This document shows, one piece after another, positions 1 through 9,578 of a stretch of 64,000 nucleotides of DNA; within the stretch, counting starts at the first letter, position 1; every line of letters starts with the position of its first letter. Source of the DNA: Candidatus Latescibacterota bacterium (GTDB lineage: Bacteria; Latescibacterota; UBA2968; UBA8231); NCBI GenBank assembly GCA_965217585.1, contig OZ244561.1, positions 2,688,001 to 2,752,000 on the forward strand, read 5' to 3'. A program made the position numbers and the translations under genes. Below the pieces are notes generated by a model, which worked only from the letters and a program-made list of their open reading frames with translations, was not told the DNA's origin and ran no database searches.

Positions 1-1911
1 GTGCCCCTGCTGTTGGACGTGGTCGTCGATGGCCAAGAGCGCAAGATCGTCGCCCAGCTTACGAAACAGGCCTTTTGCTTTGTCTTTGACCGCGTAACCG
101 GCGAGCCGATCTGGCCCATCGTTGAAAAGTCGGTTCCGCAGTCGCAGGTAGCGGGGGAAAAGACCTCGCCGACGCAGCCGTTCCCAACCAAGCCCGTGGC
201 CTTTGAGCGCCAAGGCATCAGCGAGGACGACCTCATTGACTTTACGCCCGAGTTGCGCGAGGAAGCCAAGGCCATTCTCGCCGAATACGATTACGGTCCG
301 CTCTACACGCCGCCGACGGAGAAGGGCGTCTTGTCGGTTCCCGGCCAATGGGGTGGTGCCGACTGGGCGGGCGGCGCGGCCGATCCGCGCACGGGTGTGC
401 TCTACGTGCCGTCGCACATGGCCATTACCAACGTGCAGTTGCGTCGGTTAGATGACCCAGAGGCTTATTCGGCGTTTTCTGCCCGCGCCGGCGAGCACAT
501 CGTCGGTCCTCGGGGTCTGCCGCTGGTCAAGCCCCCGTACGGCAGCATCACCGCGATTGACCTCAATAGCGGCGAACACCTTTGGCGGACCGCAGTGGGC
601 GAAGGCCCGGTCAATCACCCAGCACTCAAAGGGTTTGACCTGCCGGATATGGGCTGGGACAACCGCACCTTTGTCCTAGCCACGCCGAACCTTCTGTTGG
701 CCACTTCCGAGGACCCGCACGACCTAGCCGACGCCGGCAGGGACTACTTCGTCGACCGCGACGCGTACCTGCGGGCGTACGATTTGGCGTCAGGTGAGGA
801 GATCGGCCGCGTCGGACTGCCTAGCAACGCCTATGGCGCGCCGATGAGCTATACGGCCGGCGGGCGCCAATACGTGGTCGTGCCGCTGGGCAACCGCCAA
901 AGCAGGTCTGGGCGCCCGCCCGAATTAGTCGCCTTGGCCATTCCGCACGAGGGCGAGGAACTGCCGCCCCAAGGCCGGGACCGTGGCGATACCGACCACC
1001 GGGCCTTTTACGAGGCCGTAAAAGCCATCGACGTCGGCGACAGTGAGACGCTACAGAAACTGCTCGCTGAGTACCCCGAGCTAGCGACGGCACGTGGCTA
1101 TTTCGACGAGTACTACGAATACCCGTACTTTCGCGGAGCCACTCTCCTGCACCACCTAGCCGGCGAGCCACGAGGAGTGCCGCTACCCGAAAACGCGGTT
1201 GAACTAGCCGCTGCCCTGCTCTCAGCCGGTGCCGACCCCAACGCCGCCACGTACGACTCGATCACCGTGCTAGATCTGTTCATAAGAAGCGATCAGCTCG
1301 AATGGGCCGGGAGCAAGCCCGAAATGGTCCGACTGCTAGTGACCAACGGCGTAGATGTGAACCGCAACCGGGGCCAAATTTTATGGAACGCGCTTAGGGA
1401 AAGGAATCTAGATCTGGCGCACATGTTGGTCGCTGAGGGAGCGACCGTGGATTTGCGCTTTGCCGCCGGGGTCAACCGCGTTGATCTGATGGCCGAGTTC
1501 TTCGACTCCGCAGGCCAGCTAAAAGAGGACATCGGCCACCTCTACCACCCGGATCCGGACACCGTGCTCACCGCCGAGCAGATTATGGTGGAAGCGCTCA
1601 ATTTTGCGGCCTATAGCGGTGCGCTGGAAGCGGCGGAGTTTTTGTTGGATCGCGGTGCGGATATCAATGGGTTGGCCGGTGGGTTTAACCGTTACGACCG
1701 AGGTAGTACGCCCCTGCACAAAACCGTCATGGCCGACCAGCTAGAGATGGCCCGCCTGCTCTTGGCGCGGGGCGCGGACCCACTGGTGGGGGATCGGCGC
1801 TTTGACATCACGCCTTATGAATGGTCCAATTACCTGAATACCTCTAAGGCCCTCGACGAGGTGCTCAGAGAACACTATGAGGCCGCCTTAGAGCGGGCGG
1901 ATACGGACTAG
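1..1911 (+). CDS. PQQ-dependent (quinoprotein glucose-type) dehydrogenase C-terminal part fused to an ankyrin-repeat domain; 5'-truncated by the window edge
   Basis: FVFDRVTGEPIWPIVE, SPTQPFP, KPPYGSITAIDLNSGEHLW and PMSY..GGRQYVVV are typical of quinoprotein GDH. The C-terminal ~300 aa has ankyrin motifs (GATLLHH, GADPNA, GSTPLHK..LLARGADP). Confidence 0.85.
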   Translation: MPLLLDVVVDGQERKIVAQLTKQAFCFVFDRVTGEPIWPIVEKSVPQSQVAGEKTSPTQPFPTKPVAFERQGISEDDLIDFTPELREEAKAILAEYDYGPLYTPPTEKGVLSVPGQWGGADWAGGAADPRTGVLYVPSHMAITNVQLRRLDDPEAYSAFSARAGEHIVGPRGLPLVKPPYGSITAIDLNSGEHLWRTAVGEGPVNHPALKGFDLPDMGWDNRTFVLATPNLLLATSEDPHDLADAGRDYFVDRDAYLRAYDLASGEEIGRVGLPSNAYGAPMSYTAGGRQYVVVPLGNRQSRSGRPPELVALAIPHEGEELPPQGRDRGDTDHRAFYEAVKAIDVGDSETLQKLLAEYPELATARGYFDEYYEYPYFRGATLLHHLAGEPRGVPLPENAVELAAALLSAGADPNAATYDSITVLDLFIRSDQLEWAGSKPEMVRLLVTNGVDVNRNRGQILWNALRERNLDLAHMLVAEGATVDLRFAAGVNRVDLMAEFFDSAGQLKEDIGHLYHPDPDTVLTAEQIMVEALNFAAYSGALEAAEFLLDRGADINGLAGGFNRYDRGSTPLHKTVMADQLEMARLLLARGADPLVGDRRFDITPYEWSNYLNTSKALDEVLREHYEAALERADTD

Positions 1912-1948
1912 GCTCCGCTCCTTCGAGGATTCGCCGGGTGAAATGTGC

Positions 1949-1977
1949 TTGACAAATTCAAGGCGCAAAGATAAAAG
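1949..1977 (+). promoter_or_regulatory. possible sigma70 promoter upstream of the TauD-like gene
   Basis: TTGACA at 1949-1954, 17-bp spacer, then TAAAAG (imperfect -10). Confidence 0.3.
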
Positions 1978-2023
1978 TGCATAGACGAGCCACGCGGATC
2001 GCTATGGTAGAGGATGGAGCATC

Positions 2024-3232
2024 ATGGGCCAAAAGACAGAACCGTTAGACGAAAAGCTGCGCGAGTTATTCGGCACGGACGCCCGCAGCGAGGGGCCGCT
2101 GGCCGCTAGCGGTGCCGGGCGGCGCTTCACCGGCATAGACCTGTGCCGCCCGCTCAATCCCGAGCAGGTCGCCTTTCTGCTGGATGCCCTGAGCCAGTTT
2201 CGCATCGTCAGCATTGCCGGGCAGGACTTGGAAGCCTTTTCCCTAGCCCACTTTGAGCGCTTCGCCAACCACTGGGGCGCGCCGGTGCCGCATCCCAACA
2301 ACTTCATGCGTGGGGGTAAACCGGCCCAGCAAGATGGCGACAGCGACGGCCCTTTTGAGCTAATTCCCTTTGAGCGTCGCTCGGCAGCCGCGGTCAACGC
2401 CGCCTTCCCCGGCCAACTACAATGCCTGCCGCACGAGTCGCCTGCGGTGCTGGTTGTGTCCAACTTTCGGGGGGAACGCAGTACGGCTCCCGTCGGAGTG
2501 ACCGGGGGCGGCTCGTGGCACACGGATATTGAGTACGAGCCCTTGCCGATCTACGTCTCGATGTTTCTCGCCCACAAGTCGCCGGTGGCGCGCGATGCCC
2601 CAGGCGGGAATTGGGTGCAGGCACCCGACGACGGCAAGGCTCATCCATACTACGAAGGCTCGGATAGCGAACTCATACGGTTGCGCAAGCGCCTGCCGTT
2701 AAACGGCGAGACGGCTTTTGCCGACACCGCGGCGGCTTTTGCGGCGCTGCCGCCGACAGAGCAGACGGCTCTGGAGCAAATCCAGCTACGGCGGCGGTTG
2801 AACGAGGGAGACGAGGGCTGGCTCGCTCCGCTGGTGCGCACCAACCCGCGTTCCGGGATCAAGTCCCTGCACAGTCCAATCTGGGCATCGCGGCCACGGG
2901 TGCGGCCGGCGGTCGAGGTGGAGGGGTTGTCGGCGGAAGCATCGCGCGCATTCCTCGACCGGCTCGAAGCGCACGTGTTGCAGCCGCAGTTCCGCTACGA
3001 CCACCTGCACGAGCCGGGCGATGTGACGCTGTGGGACAACTACATGACCCTGCACAACTCGCCGCCGATCAAGTCGAATATCAACTCGCTCGACGATGCC
3101 CGGCTGCTGTACCGCTTGAGCTGCAAGGGCGAGCCGGCCCTGTCGTTGCCACGACGCGATGCGCCGGAGTGGCGCGCCGCCCACATCCCCGGTGGCTACG
3201 CCACGCCCTTGGAAATTATCGACATCGCTTAA
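2024..3232 (+). CDS. TauD/TfdA family Fe(II)/2-oxoglutarate dioxygenase
   Basis: WHTD (HxD), GETAFAD, PLVRTNP and GDVTLWDN..TLH...R motifs. Confidence 0.85.
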   Translation: MGQKTEPLDEKLRELFGTDARSEGPLAASGAGRRFTGIDLCRPLNPEQVAFLLDALSQFRIVSIAGQDLEAFSLAHFERFANHWGAPVPHPNNFMRGGKPAQQDGDSDGPFELIPFERRSAAAVNAAFPGQLQCLPHESPAVLVVSNFRGERSTAPVGVTGGGSWHTDIEYEPLPIYVSMFLAHKSPVARDAPGGNWVQAPDDGKAHPYYEGSDSELIRLRKRLPLNGETAFADTAAAFAALPPTEQTALEQIQLRRRLNEGDEGWLAPLVRTNPRSGIKSLHSPIWASRPRVRPAVEVEGLSAEASRAFLDRLEAHVLQPQFRYDHLHEPGDVTLWDNYMTLHNSPPIKSNINSLDDARLLYRLSCKGEPALSLPRRDAPEWRAAHIPGGYATPLEIIDIA

Positions 3233-3303
3233 GAATATTGACAGCGTTCGTGTGAGATCGAAAAATATCGACATATCACTTCTTACTCCAGACGGAGGAT
3301 ACT

Positions 3304-3558
3304 ATGGCGAGCATTCTCGAAAAATCTCGTTCCCCCAAATGGGTATATGATGACTCGGGCAAGGTAATTGAGGTGATACTTGGATATGACGACTTCAAGA
3401 CCTTACTGCAAAAGATCGCTCGGGAAACCGATTGGGAGACACTCCCTCTGCATCTGCAAGATGCCGTTGATGCCCTATTAATGGAAGAGGCTAATGAGGA
3501 AAATGGCGAAACGCGGTCGTTACGAGATTTTCTTCGTGGGACCGGAGAATCACCTTAA
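3304..3558 (+). CDS. putative antitoxin
   Basis: Small acidic 84-aa ORF with GGAGG RBS, ending 2 bp before a RelE-like toxin; lower GC than the flanks. Confidence 0.65.
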   Translation: MASILEKSRSPKWVYDDSGKVIEVILGYDDFKTLLQKIARETDWETLPLHLQDAVDALLMEEANEENGETRSLRDFLRGTGESP

Positions 3559-3560
3559 CG

Positions 3561-3821
3561 ATGGCTTATGCTGTTTATCTGCGTCCAGCAGCAGAACGAG
3601 AACGCCGTCGCCTGCAAGATCCTATTCGTCAACGCATAAATCAGCATCTTCTTCACTTAGAATCGGAACCACGTCCTTTAGGAGTAGAGAAACTAGTTGG
3701 CCGCTCGAATTCGTGGCGTATTCGAGTGGGAGACTATCGCATTCTTTACGAAATTGACGACGCTAATCAGCGCGTTACCGTCTTTCGCCTCGCTCATCGT
3801 AGAAACGTATATCGACCCTAG
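3561..3821 (+). CDS. RelE/ParE family type II toxin
   Basis: PRP.GVEKL.G and WRIRVGDYRILYEIDD..HRRNVY, the classic RelE pattern. Confidence 0.9.
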   Translation: MAYAVYLRPAAERERRRLQDPIRQRINQHLLHLESEPRPLGVEKLVGRSNSWRIRVGDYRILYEIDDANQRVTVFRLAHRRNVYRP

Positions 3822-3907
3822 CGCAAGGGGTGGCAAAAAACATGGCCCCGACGCTCATATACTTAGCCACTTGGGACAGCGACAGCTTTCTTTTTCGTTG
3901 GCTAGGC

Positions 3908-4861
3908 TCAGTCGATATTGGTCTCGACGATTTCGGCATGAACCTGGAAGATATGGCTGTCGGCTGGATCGACGGTCACCCGCAGATAGTGGATATCGGG
4001 CGTGCCGAAAGGCTCGATGCGCGTGAAGCGCACCAAGCGCCGGCCCGTGGCTGCTTGGCGTAGCGGCTTGTCCACGCGGAAATAGTGGGAGTCGCCGTGG
4101 GCTAGGGCCACCGGTCGGCCAAAGCGGACGACCTCTTCTTCTAGAGCCTGCAAAAAAGTGGCGTACGGCCCGTCCGGCTCGTCTTCCCGTCTCTCAAAGC
4201 GCGGATTGGCGTGAATGATGAGGAAAATGGCGCGATGGTCTTGTTCCGCAGCTTGGACGAATGTTTCGCGCATCCAGGCAATGGCGGCGTTGGTGCGGCT
4301 TTTGACTTCCTCGTCGTTAGCTTGAGCGCGGCCTTTAAACTTGGCGGTGGCATTGTGACTGCCGACAATGTGCAGCACGGCAAAGCTCGTCCGCCCGTGG
4401 GTCCAGCGCACGTGCTCGGGGAAGGTGCCCCCTTGGGTGCCGACGCGCATGGGTTGCTGGCCCAGAGTCCAACCTGGGCGCGGAAAAAAGAGCGCCCGCA
4501 CGCGCGCCAGCCGATCCAGCGGCTGGTATCCGCTCCGGTGGCAGTCGGTCCAATCGTTGTCGCCAGGAGCCAAAATAAAAGGGCGTGCAAATTGCTGGAA
4601 CCACTCGAAGCGGCTCTGTAGCAGGCCATCGCTACAGGGGCTGCTACCGCCCTTGATATCGCCCACGTGGACGACCCATTCCAAACCCTCGGCGCGGTTA
4701 ATGTCCTCAACGAGCCGACCAAAGCGGACGCTGTCGGTCGGAGAGTATGGCATGTCCCCGATCAGGGCGAAGGAGAAAGGGGCATCGGCGGGTGGGTTTT
4801 GGGCGCTGGCGACGTCTAGCAGTGCGAGAATTAGGGATAGACTCAGAAGATGCCGGGCCAT
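3908..4861 (-). CDS. secreted calcineurin-like metallophosphoesterase
   Basis: Signal peptide; IGDMPY, HVGDIK, PGDNDWTDC and HGDSH motifs. Confidence 0.8.
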   Translation of the reverse strand: MARHLLSLSLILALLDVASAQNPPADAPFSFALIGDMPYSPTDSVRFGRLVEDINRAEGLEWVVHVGDIKGGSSPCSDGLLQSRFEWFQQFARPFILAPGDNDWTDCHRSGYQPLDRLARVRALFFPRPGWTLGQQPMRVGTQGGTFPEHVRWTHGRTSFAVLHIVGSHNATAKFKGRAQANDEEVKSRTNAAIAWMRETFVQAAEQDHRAIFLIIHANPRFERREDEPDGPYATFLQALEEEVVRFGRPVALAHGDSHYFRVDKPLRQAATGRRLVRFTRIEPFGTPDIHYLRVTVDPADSHIFQVHAEIVETNID

Positions 4862-5018
4862 ACATTTCCTCCATCTGGTTGTCAGTGCGTTGCTTGATGT
4901 CGGTTTTCTTAGGCATAAGCGAACTAAAAAATAAAGGTAGTTTTGGTAACAATGTTAAGGATCGGCTGTTCCACCTGATTAGCAAAATCGACCACTTTCA
5001 AGGAAAGACCGCAAGGCC

Positions 5019-5615
5019 ATGAATACACTCGTAGATCCCTCCCTAGCCAGAGAATTGGCCCAAGGCACGCCGACCCAGAAAGTCGATGCTTTATTCGCGT
5101 ACATGGAGCGCAGAGGCCAGTCCTTTTACGACGAAGTCGTGACCCAACTCGAACACGCCCTGCAATGCGCCCACCAGGCCCACCAGGCTGGGGCTGATTC
5201 GGTGCAAGTGGCGGCGGCCCTGCTGCACGATCTGGGTCATTTCCTAGCTGACGAGCACAACGAAGAAGCCGATTTCCTGACCGAGGATTTCCTTCACGAA
5301 AAAGTGGGTGCCGAGTATCTGGATCCCTTTTTCATCGACGCAGTGACCGAGCCAGTCGGGCTGCACGTGCCGGCCAAGCGCTATATCTGCACTGTGGATA
5401 GGTCCTATTACCAGACCTTGTCTCGGGCTTCCAAGCGGAGTTTTGAGTTGCAGGGCGGCTTCATGTCGGGCGAAGAAAAAGCGGCCTTTGAACGGAATCC
5501 CCATTGGGAAAGTGCCGTGCAGTTGCGCAAGTGGGACGACTTGGCCAAGGAGAAGGACCTAAAGACGCCGGGTTTGGAAAGCTATCGGGCGGCCGTGCAG
5601 GGCTGTTTGAAGTAA
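5019..5615 (+). CDS. HD-domain protein, PhnZ/TmpB-like (phosphonate oxygenase-like)
   Basis: Y.E.VTQLEHALQ, ALLHDLGH, HE, HVPAKRY, LS.AS..S..LQGG and LRKWDD.AK motifs. Confidence 0.8.
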   Translation: MNTLVDPSLARELAQGTPTQKVDALFAYMERRGQSFYDEVVTQLEHALQCAHQAHQAGADSVQVAAALLHDLGHFLADEHNEEADFLTEDFLHEKVGAEYLDPFFIDAVTEPVGLHVPAKRYICTVDRSYYQTLSRASKRSFELQGGFMSGEEKAAFERNPHWESAVQLRKWDDLAKEKDLKTPGLESYRAAVQGCLK

Positions 5616-5642
5616 TCGCGGCCCTCCGCTTCATGCTCTGGC

Positions 5643-8600
5643 TCACTTGACCAACGACATCTTGCGCTCCTGCACAACATCGCCCGTTTGCAAGCGCACA
5701 AGGTACACCCCGCTGGCGAGCTCGCCAGCGTCCCAGCGCACCCGGTAAGCCCCTGGTTTCCGCCACGCCTCTAGCAGCGTTTTCACCCGCTGTCCAGTCG
5801 GGCCGAAAACCTCTAGCCGCACCTTGCCGGCCTGCCCCACGCTGAAATCGATATGCACTCGGCTGTTGAATGGGTTGGGATAAGGCGGCTGTAGATGCGT
5901 TTTTTGCGGCGTGCTCTCCACGGCCTGTACCGCGGTGGCAGCGGCCTCCCCCATGTACGCCTTTACATAGCCGTCCGTGGTCGTCACCACAATATCCAGA
6001 AATCCGTCTTTATCCACATCGGCCAGGGCGATATCGCTGCTGCGACCCTCCACTTCGAGGGTCCAGGCCCGGCTCAGGGTGCCTTCCTCCTGTTCCACGC
6101 AGATCAACTTGGTGCCGCTACCAAACAGGAACTCGTCGCGCCCATCGCCGTCCACATCGCCGGAGACCACATCCGTATGGGCCCGCACCCCATCGTCGAA
6201 CTCCAGCAAAACCGCGCCGTCCGCCGCCTGGAACAGGCGCACCCCGTCCGCAGTCGAAGCCAGCAACTCCACGCTCCCGTCGCCATTGCTGTCGCCCACT
6301 CCCATCAGCGATTGCACCTCGGTATTGTTGCGGTACGGGGTTTGCCAAATGCGCTGGCCGTCGCCGTCCAGCACGGCGTTCAAATAGCTGCAGTGTCCCC
6401 AGAGGAGTTCCGGCCGGCTGTCGCCGAACAAATCGACCACCGCTGGGAACGCATAGCCGATAAAGGAATCGCTCTCAAACAGCGGATTGAGTCCGTTGGT
6501 ATAGCCATAGGCCTGACGCACCACTTGCGCCGTGCCTGTGACCCCGTCGATAATGTGCAACCGGTCGGGCCACATCACCACAATCTCCTCCAGACCGTCG
6601 CCGTCCACATCCCCCGCAGCGCTGGGATGCCCGCCCAGACTGCGGCCGCTGCCGTCCTCGGGCAAGGTGAAACCATTGGATTCCCAGACGATTTCGCCGC
6701 TGCGTCCGTCGAGCAAAAAGCCCACTTCGCTGCCCAACTTGCCGCGCCGCAGACTGGCGAATACATCCATGTACTCGTTGCTGCGGAAATACCCGACGCT
6801 CCAGTAGGACAGGCCGCTGAAGTTCCAGATAGGCATACTGCCGTCAAAGCCGACGAACTCGGTCTGCCAGCGGATGGAGCCATCGGCCGCGAGCGCCACC
6901 AAGCTGGCGTTGCCACTGGCCGCCTCGCGCGCCGCCAGCACTTCCCGGCGGCCATCGCCGTCCACGTCGGCAGCGACCACTCCCCAGTGATAAGGCGCGT
7001 TATTGGTCTGGCCATAGCCTGGCACCTGCCACAGTGGGCGGGGATCGCCCCCACCTTCTCCCGGAGCTTGCAGACACAGCACTTCCCGAGTCGCTGTCTG
7101 CACGACCACTTCCACCCGGCCATCGCCCTCCAAATCGGCCACTACCGGCGTGCCGGCCGGGGTAAATGCCTGACGACTCCACTGGTGCAGCACCCCTGAA
7201 GCCCCCTCCAGCACCAGCGCCTGACTAGGGAGCCCACTCCCCTTCAGATACAGCAAAGCCGCCGCCCCATCGTCCGCCACCGCGGCGGTCTCCAGAGCCA
7301 TTCCGGCCGGACCGCGCACCGACCACTGCGGTCCGATTCGTCCCGCGTCGTCGCTGCCCAAGGCGACCAGCACTTCGCTTGCTCCGTCCGGCGCGAGCGC
7401 AAAGAAATCCCGTCGTCCATCGCCATCCACATCGCCGGTCGAAACCGTGCGCAAACCGTCGGCGGCCCCAGTGCTCACCGTCAAGGGCAATTGATTCAGC
7501 AATACCGTACTGAAGCGCCCCCGCTCGTGGCTCCAACGCACCGTTGCCGCCCCCATCTCTATGGACCAGACCTCCAGCGGCGCATAGGTCGGCAGAGCCT
7601 CGCCCGTCGTGGCCGAGACGAACAGCTCCAAGCGCCCGTCGCCATCCACATCGGCCATACCGTGTAAATGGTGCTGTGGGAAATCAAAGCTGGTCTCGCC
7701 GCTGAGCGCATCGACGCCGACGATGTGCCACTGGCCGTCGCCTTGGTCGTTGTAGATGCTGTACACCAGCTCGAAGCGGCCATCGCCGTCCACATCGACT
7801 AGGGCCTGCGGTTTGGGCCGCACCACCTTGGTTGACTGCGATGGATCGGGCTGAATGTCGCGCAGCCAGCGCAGCGTCAGTTTCGTCCCGTCGTTGTCAA
7901 TGACCTCGGCGTGCATGCTGAAATCGGCCACCACGCCGAATTCGGGGTACGGATCATCGTCGATATTGGCAGCCCCGAACCAGCCGTAGTTGCGGTACCC
8001 GTGGTACTGCAACTGCATCTTGGTCGCCCCGGTCGCCCCGTCGAAGACGAGGATGCGGTAGTGGGTGGCCACGACTATATCGAGCTGGCCATCTACATCG
8101 ACGTCAACCACGAGGACATTGGGGTCCCAGGTATTGGTAAAGAACTCGGTCTCCCACACCACCCGGGGTTCGCCGCTGTCGTACGCGAGCAGTTGGCCCT
8201 GCTTGGGCTCGGCCCCGCCGTCACTGAACGAATTTCCCATCTCAAAGCGCTGTAAGCCCGCCTCCCCGGGCAGGATCTGGGCCACTTTGAAGACATTGTC
8301 CAGCGGCATAGCCACCTCGACGCCGCCGAGGTCAAAAATCTGTGGCCCAATCCCCCAATCTCGCCCGTGGGTGCCGATGTACCCGGGATCTACTGGGGCG
8401 GCAAAGGGCAAGGACACCGAGGCGTCGCCCTCGTGCTGGGCCACTTCCACATAGCCCTCCCAAGCGGCGATGTCGTAGCGCCAGCGCTCTTGCGGTGGGT
8501 CGTGGCGCATTTGACCGACCCCTGAGGCCCGGCCGCTCATGTGGCGGTCGCCGCGCAATTGCAGCCACTCGCTCGTTTGCCCGTGCGCCCCTCCCGCCAG

Positions 8601-8669
8601 CATCGTCAGCAGCAAAACTCCCGCCACCGCATTTGCTCTACTGTCTTTGGAAAGCCTATCATTGGGCAT
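5643..8669 (-). CDS. secreted FG-GAP/VCBS-repeat beta-propeller protein with C-terminal sorting (T9SS-A/FlgD-Ig-like) domain
   Basis: Signal peptide, many D-V-D-G-D-G repeats, C-terminal PYPNPFN...WD...LASGVYLVRL. Start taken at ATG 8669 (alternative 8702). Confidence 0.8.
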   Translation of the reverse strand: MPNDRLSKDSRANAVAGVLLLTMLAGGAHGQTSEWLQLRGDRHMSGRASGVGQMRHDPPQERWRYDIAAWEGYVEVAQHEGDASVSLPFAAPVDPGYIGTHGRDWGIGPQIFDLGGVEVAMPLDNVFKVAQILPGEAGLQRFEMGNSFSDGGAEPKQGQLLAYDSGEPRVVWETEFFTNTWDPNVLVVDVDVDGQLDIVVATHYRILVFDGATGATKMQLQYHGYRNYGWFGAANIDDDPYPEFGVVADFSMHAEVIDNDGTKLTLRWLRDIQPDPSQSTKVVRPKPQALVDVDGDGRFELVYSIYNDQGDGQWHIVGVDALSGETSFDFPQHHLHGMADVDGDGRLELFVSATTGEALPTYAPLEVWSIEMGAATVRWSHERGRFSTVLLNQLPLTVSTGAADGLRTVSTGDVDGDGRRDFFALAPDGASEVLVALGSDDAGRIGPQWSVRGPAGMALETAAVADDGAAALLYLKGSGLPSQALVLEGASGVLHQWSRQAFTPAGTPVVADLEGDGRVEVVVQTATREVLCLQAPGEGGGDPRPLWQVPGYGQTNNAPYHWGVVAADVDGDGRREVLAAREAASGNASLVALAADGSIRWQTEFVGFDGSMPIWNFSGLSYWSVGYFRSNEYMDVFASLRRGKLGSEVGFLLDGRSGEIVWESNGFTLPEDGSGRSLGGHPSAAGDVDGDGLEEIVVMWPDRLHIIDGVTGTAQVVRQAYGYTNGLNPLFESDSFIGYAFPAVVDLFGDSRPELLWGHCSYLNAVLDGDGQRIWQTPYRNNTEVQSLMGVGDSNGDGSVELLASTADGVRLFQAADGAVLLEFDDGVRAHTDVVSGDVDGDGRDEFLFGSGTKLICVEQEEGTLSRAWTLEVEGRSSDIALADVDKDGFLDIVVTTTDGYVKAYMGEAAATAVQAVESTPQKTHLQPPYPNPFNSRVHIDFSVGQAGKVRLEVFGPTGQRVKTLLEAWRKPGAYRVRWDAGELASGVYLVRLQTGDVVQERKMSLVK

Positions 8670-8831
8670 CGCTTTTTCCTCGGTATCGCCATAAAACTGC
8701 AATTATGGAGTCCAGAAACCATACAAGTCAATCTGCAACGGTTTCGCCGCGATGGCTACTTTAAATCGCGATATTCCCGCCAATTTTGGCGTCGATTAAT
8801 TTATTGCTAACTGAGGAGCCTAGAAAAGCAG

Positions 8832-9578
8832 ATGGATCCGCAACCACTCAAGGGAAAAAACGCCATTGTCACCGGTGCCGCCCGTGGCATAGGCCGCGCC
8901 ATTGCCCAGCGCCTTGCCGCCGAGGGCGGCCGGGTGGCCATTCTCGATATCGCCGCCGCCGGTGCGCAACGGATGGCTGCTGAAATAGGCGGTTCGACCA
9001 TCGGCCTTGCCGTCGATGTGAGCCAAGCCGCTTCGGTTGACCGGGCCTTTGCCCAAGTTGCCGATCGGTTGGGTGGCCTCGACATCTTGGTAAACAACGC
9101 CGGCATTGTCGGCACGGACACGCCGGTCAAAGATTTGGCCGAAGACGACTGGGATCGCGTCCTCGACATCAATCTCAAGGGGACCTTTCTGTGCTCGCGG
9201 GCGGCCTTGCGCTACATGCTGCCGCAACAGAGTGGGGTCATCTGCTCGCTGGCCTCTATCTCCGGCAAAGAGGGCAACGCCAATATGGCGCCCTACTCCG
9301 TATCCAAGGCTGGCATCATCTGCTTTACCAAGACGCTGGCCAAAGAGGTTTTGGACTGCGGCATCCGCGTCAATTGCGTGGCTCCGGCCCTGATTGACAC
9401 GCCGATATTGCAGGGCATGGACCAGGCCCGCGTCGATTTCTTGACCGCCAAAATTCCCCTCGGCCGCTTGGGCCGCCCCGAAGAAGTGGCGGCGACCATT
9501 TTATTTTTAGTATCGGACGAGGCGACCTTTACCACGGGCCAGTGCTTTGACGTGAGCGGCGGTCGAGCGACCTATTGA
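8832..9578 (+). CDS. SDR family NAD(P)-dependent oxidoreductase (FabG-like)
   Basis: TGAARGIG, NNAG and YSVSK motifs. Confidence 0.92.
   Translation: MDPQPLKGKNAIVTGAARGIGRAIAQRLAAEGGRVAILDIAAAGAQRMAAEIGGSTIGLAVDVSQAASVDRAFAQVADRLGGLDILVNNAGIVGTDTPVKDLAEDDWDRVLDINLKGTFLCSRAALRYMLPQQSGVICSLASISGKEGNANMAPYSVSKAGIICFTKTLAKEVLDCGIRVNCVAPALIDTPILQGMDQARVDFLTAKIPLGRLGRPEEVAATILFLVSDEATFTTGQCFDVSGGRATY

Noticed and set aside
3213-3275. Three loose AT(C/T)GACA repeats upstream of the TA pair, including a TTGACA
   Set aside because: Too short and degenerate to separate from chance; no convincing -10 element.
5895-7199. Long antisense ORFs (also 13242-14303, 41771-42676, 52997-53995, 59905-60723)
   Set aside because: Shadow frames of well-supported genes in GC-rich DNA, with no motifs of their own.
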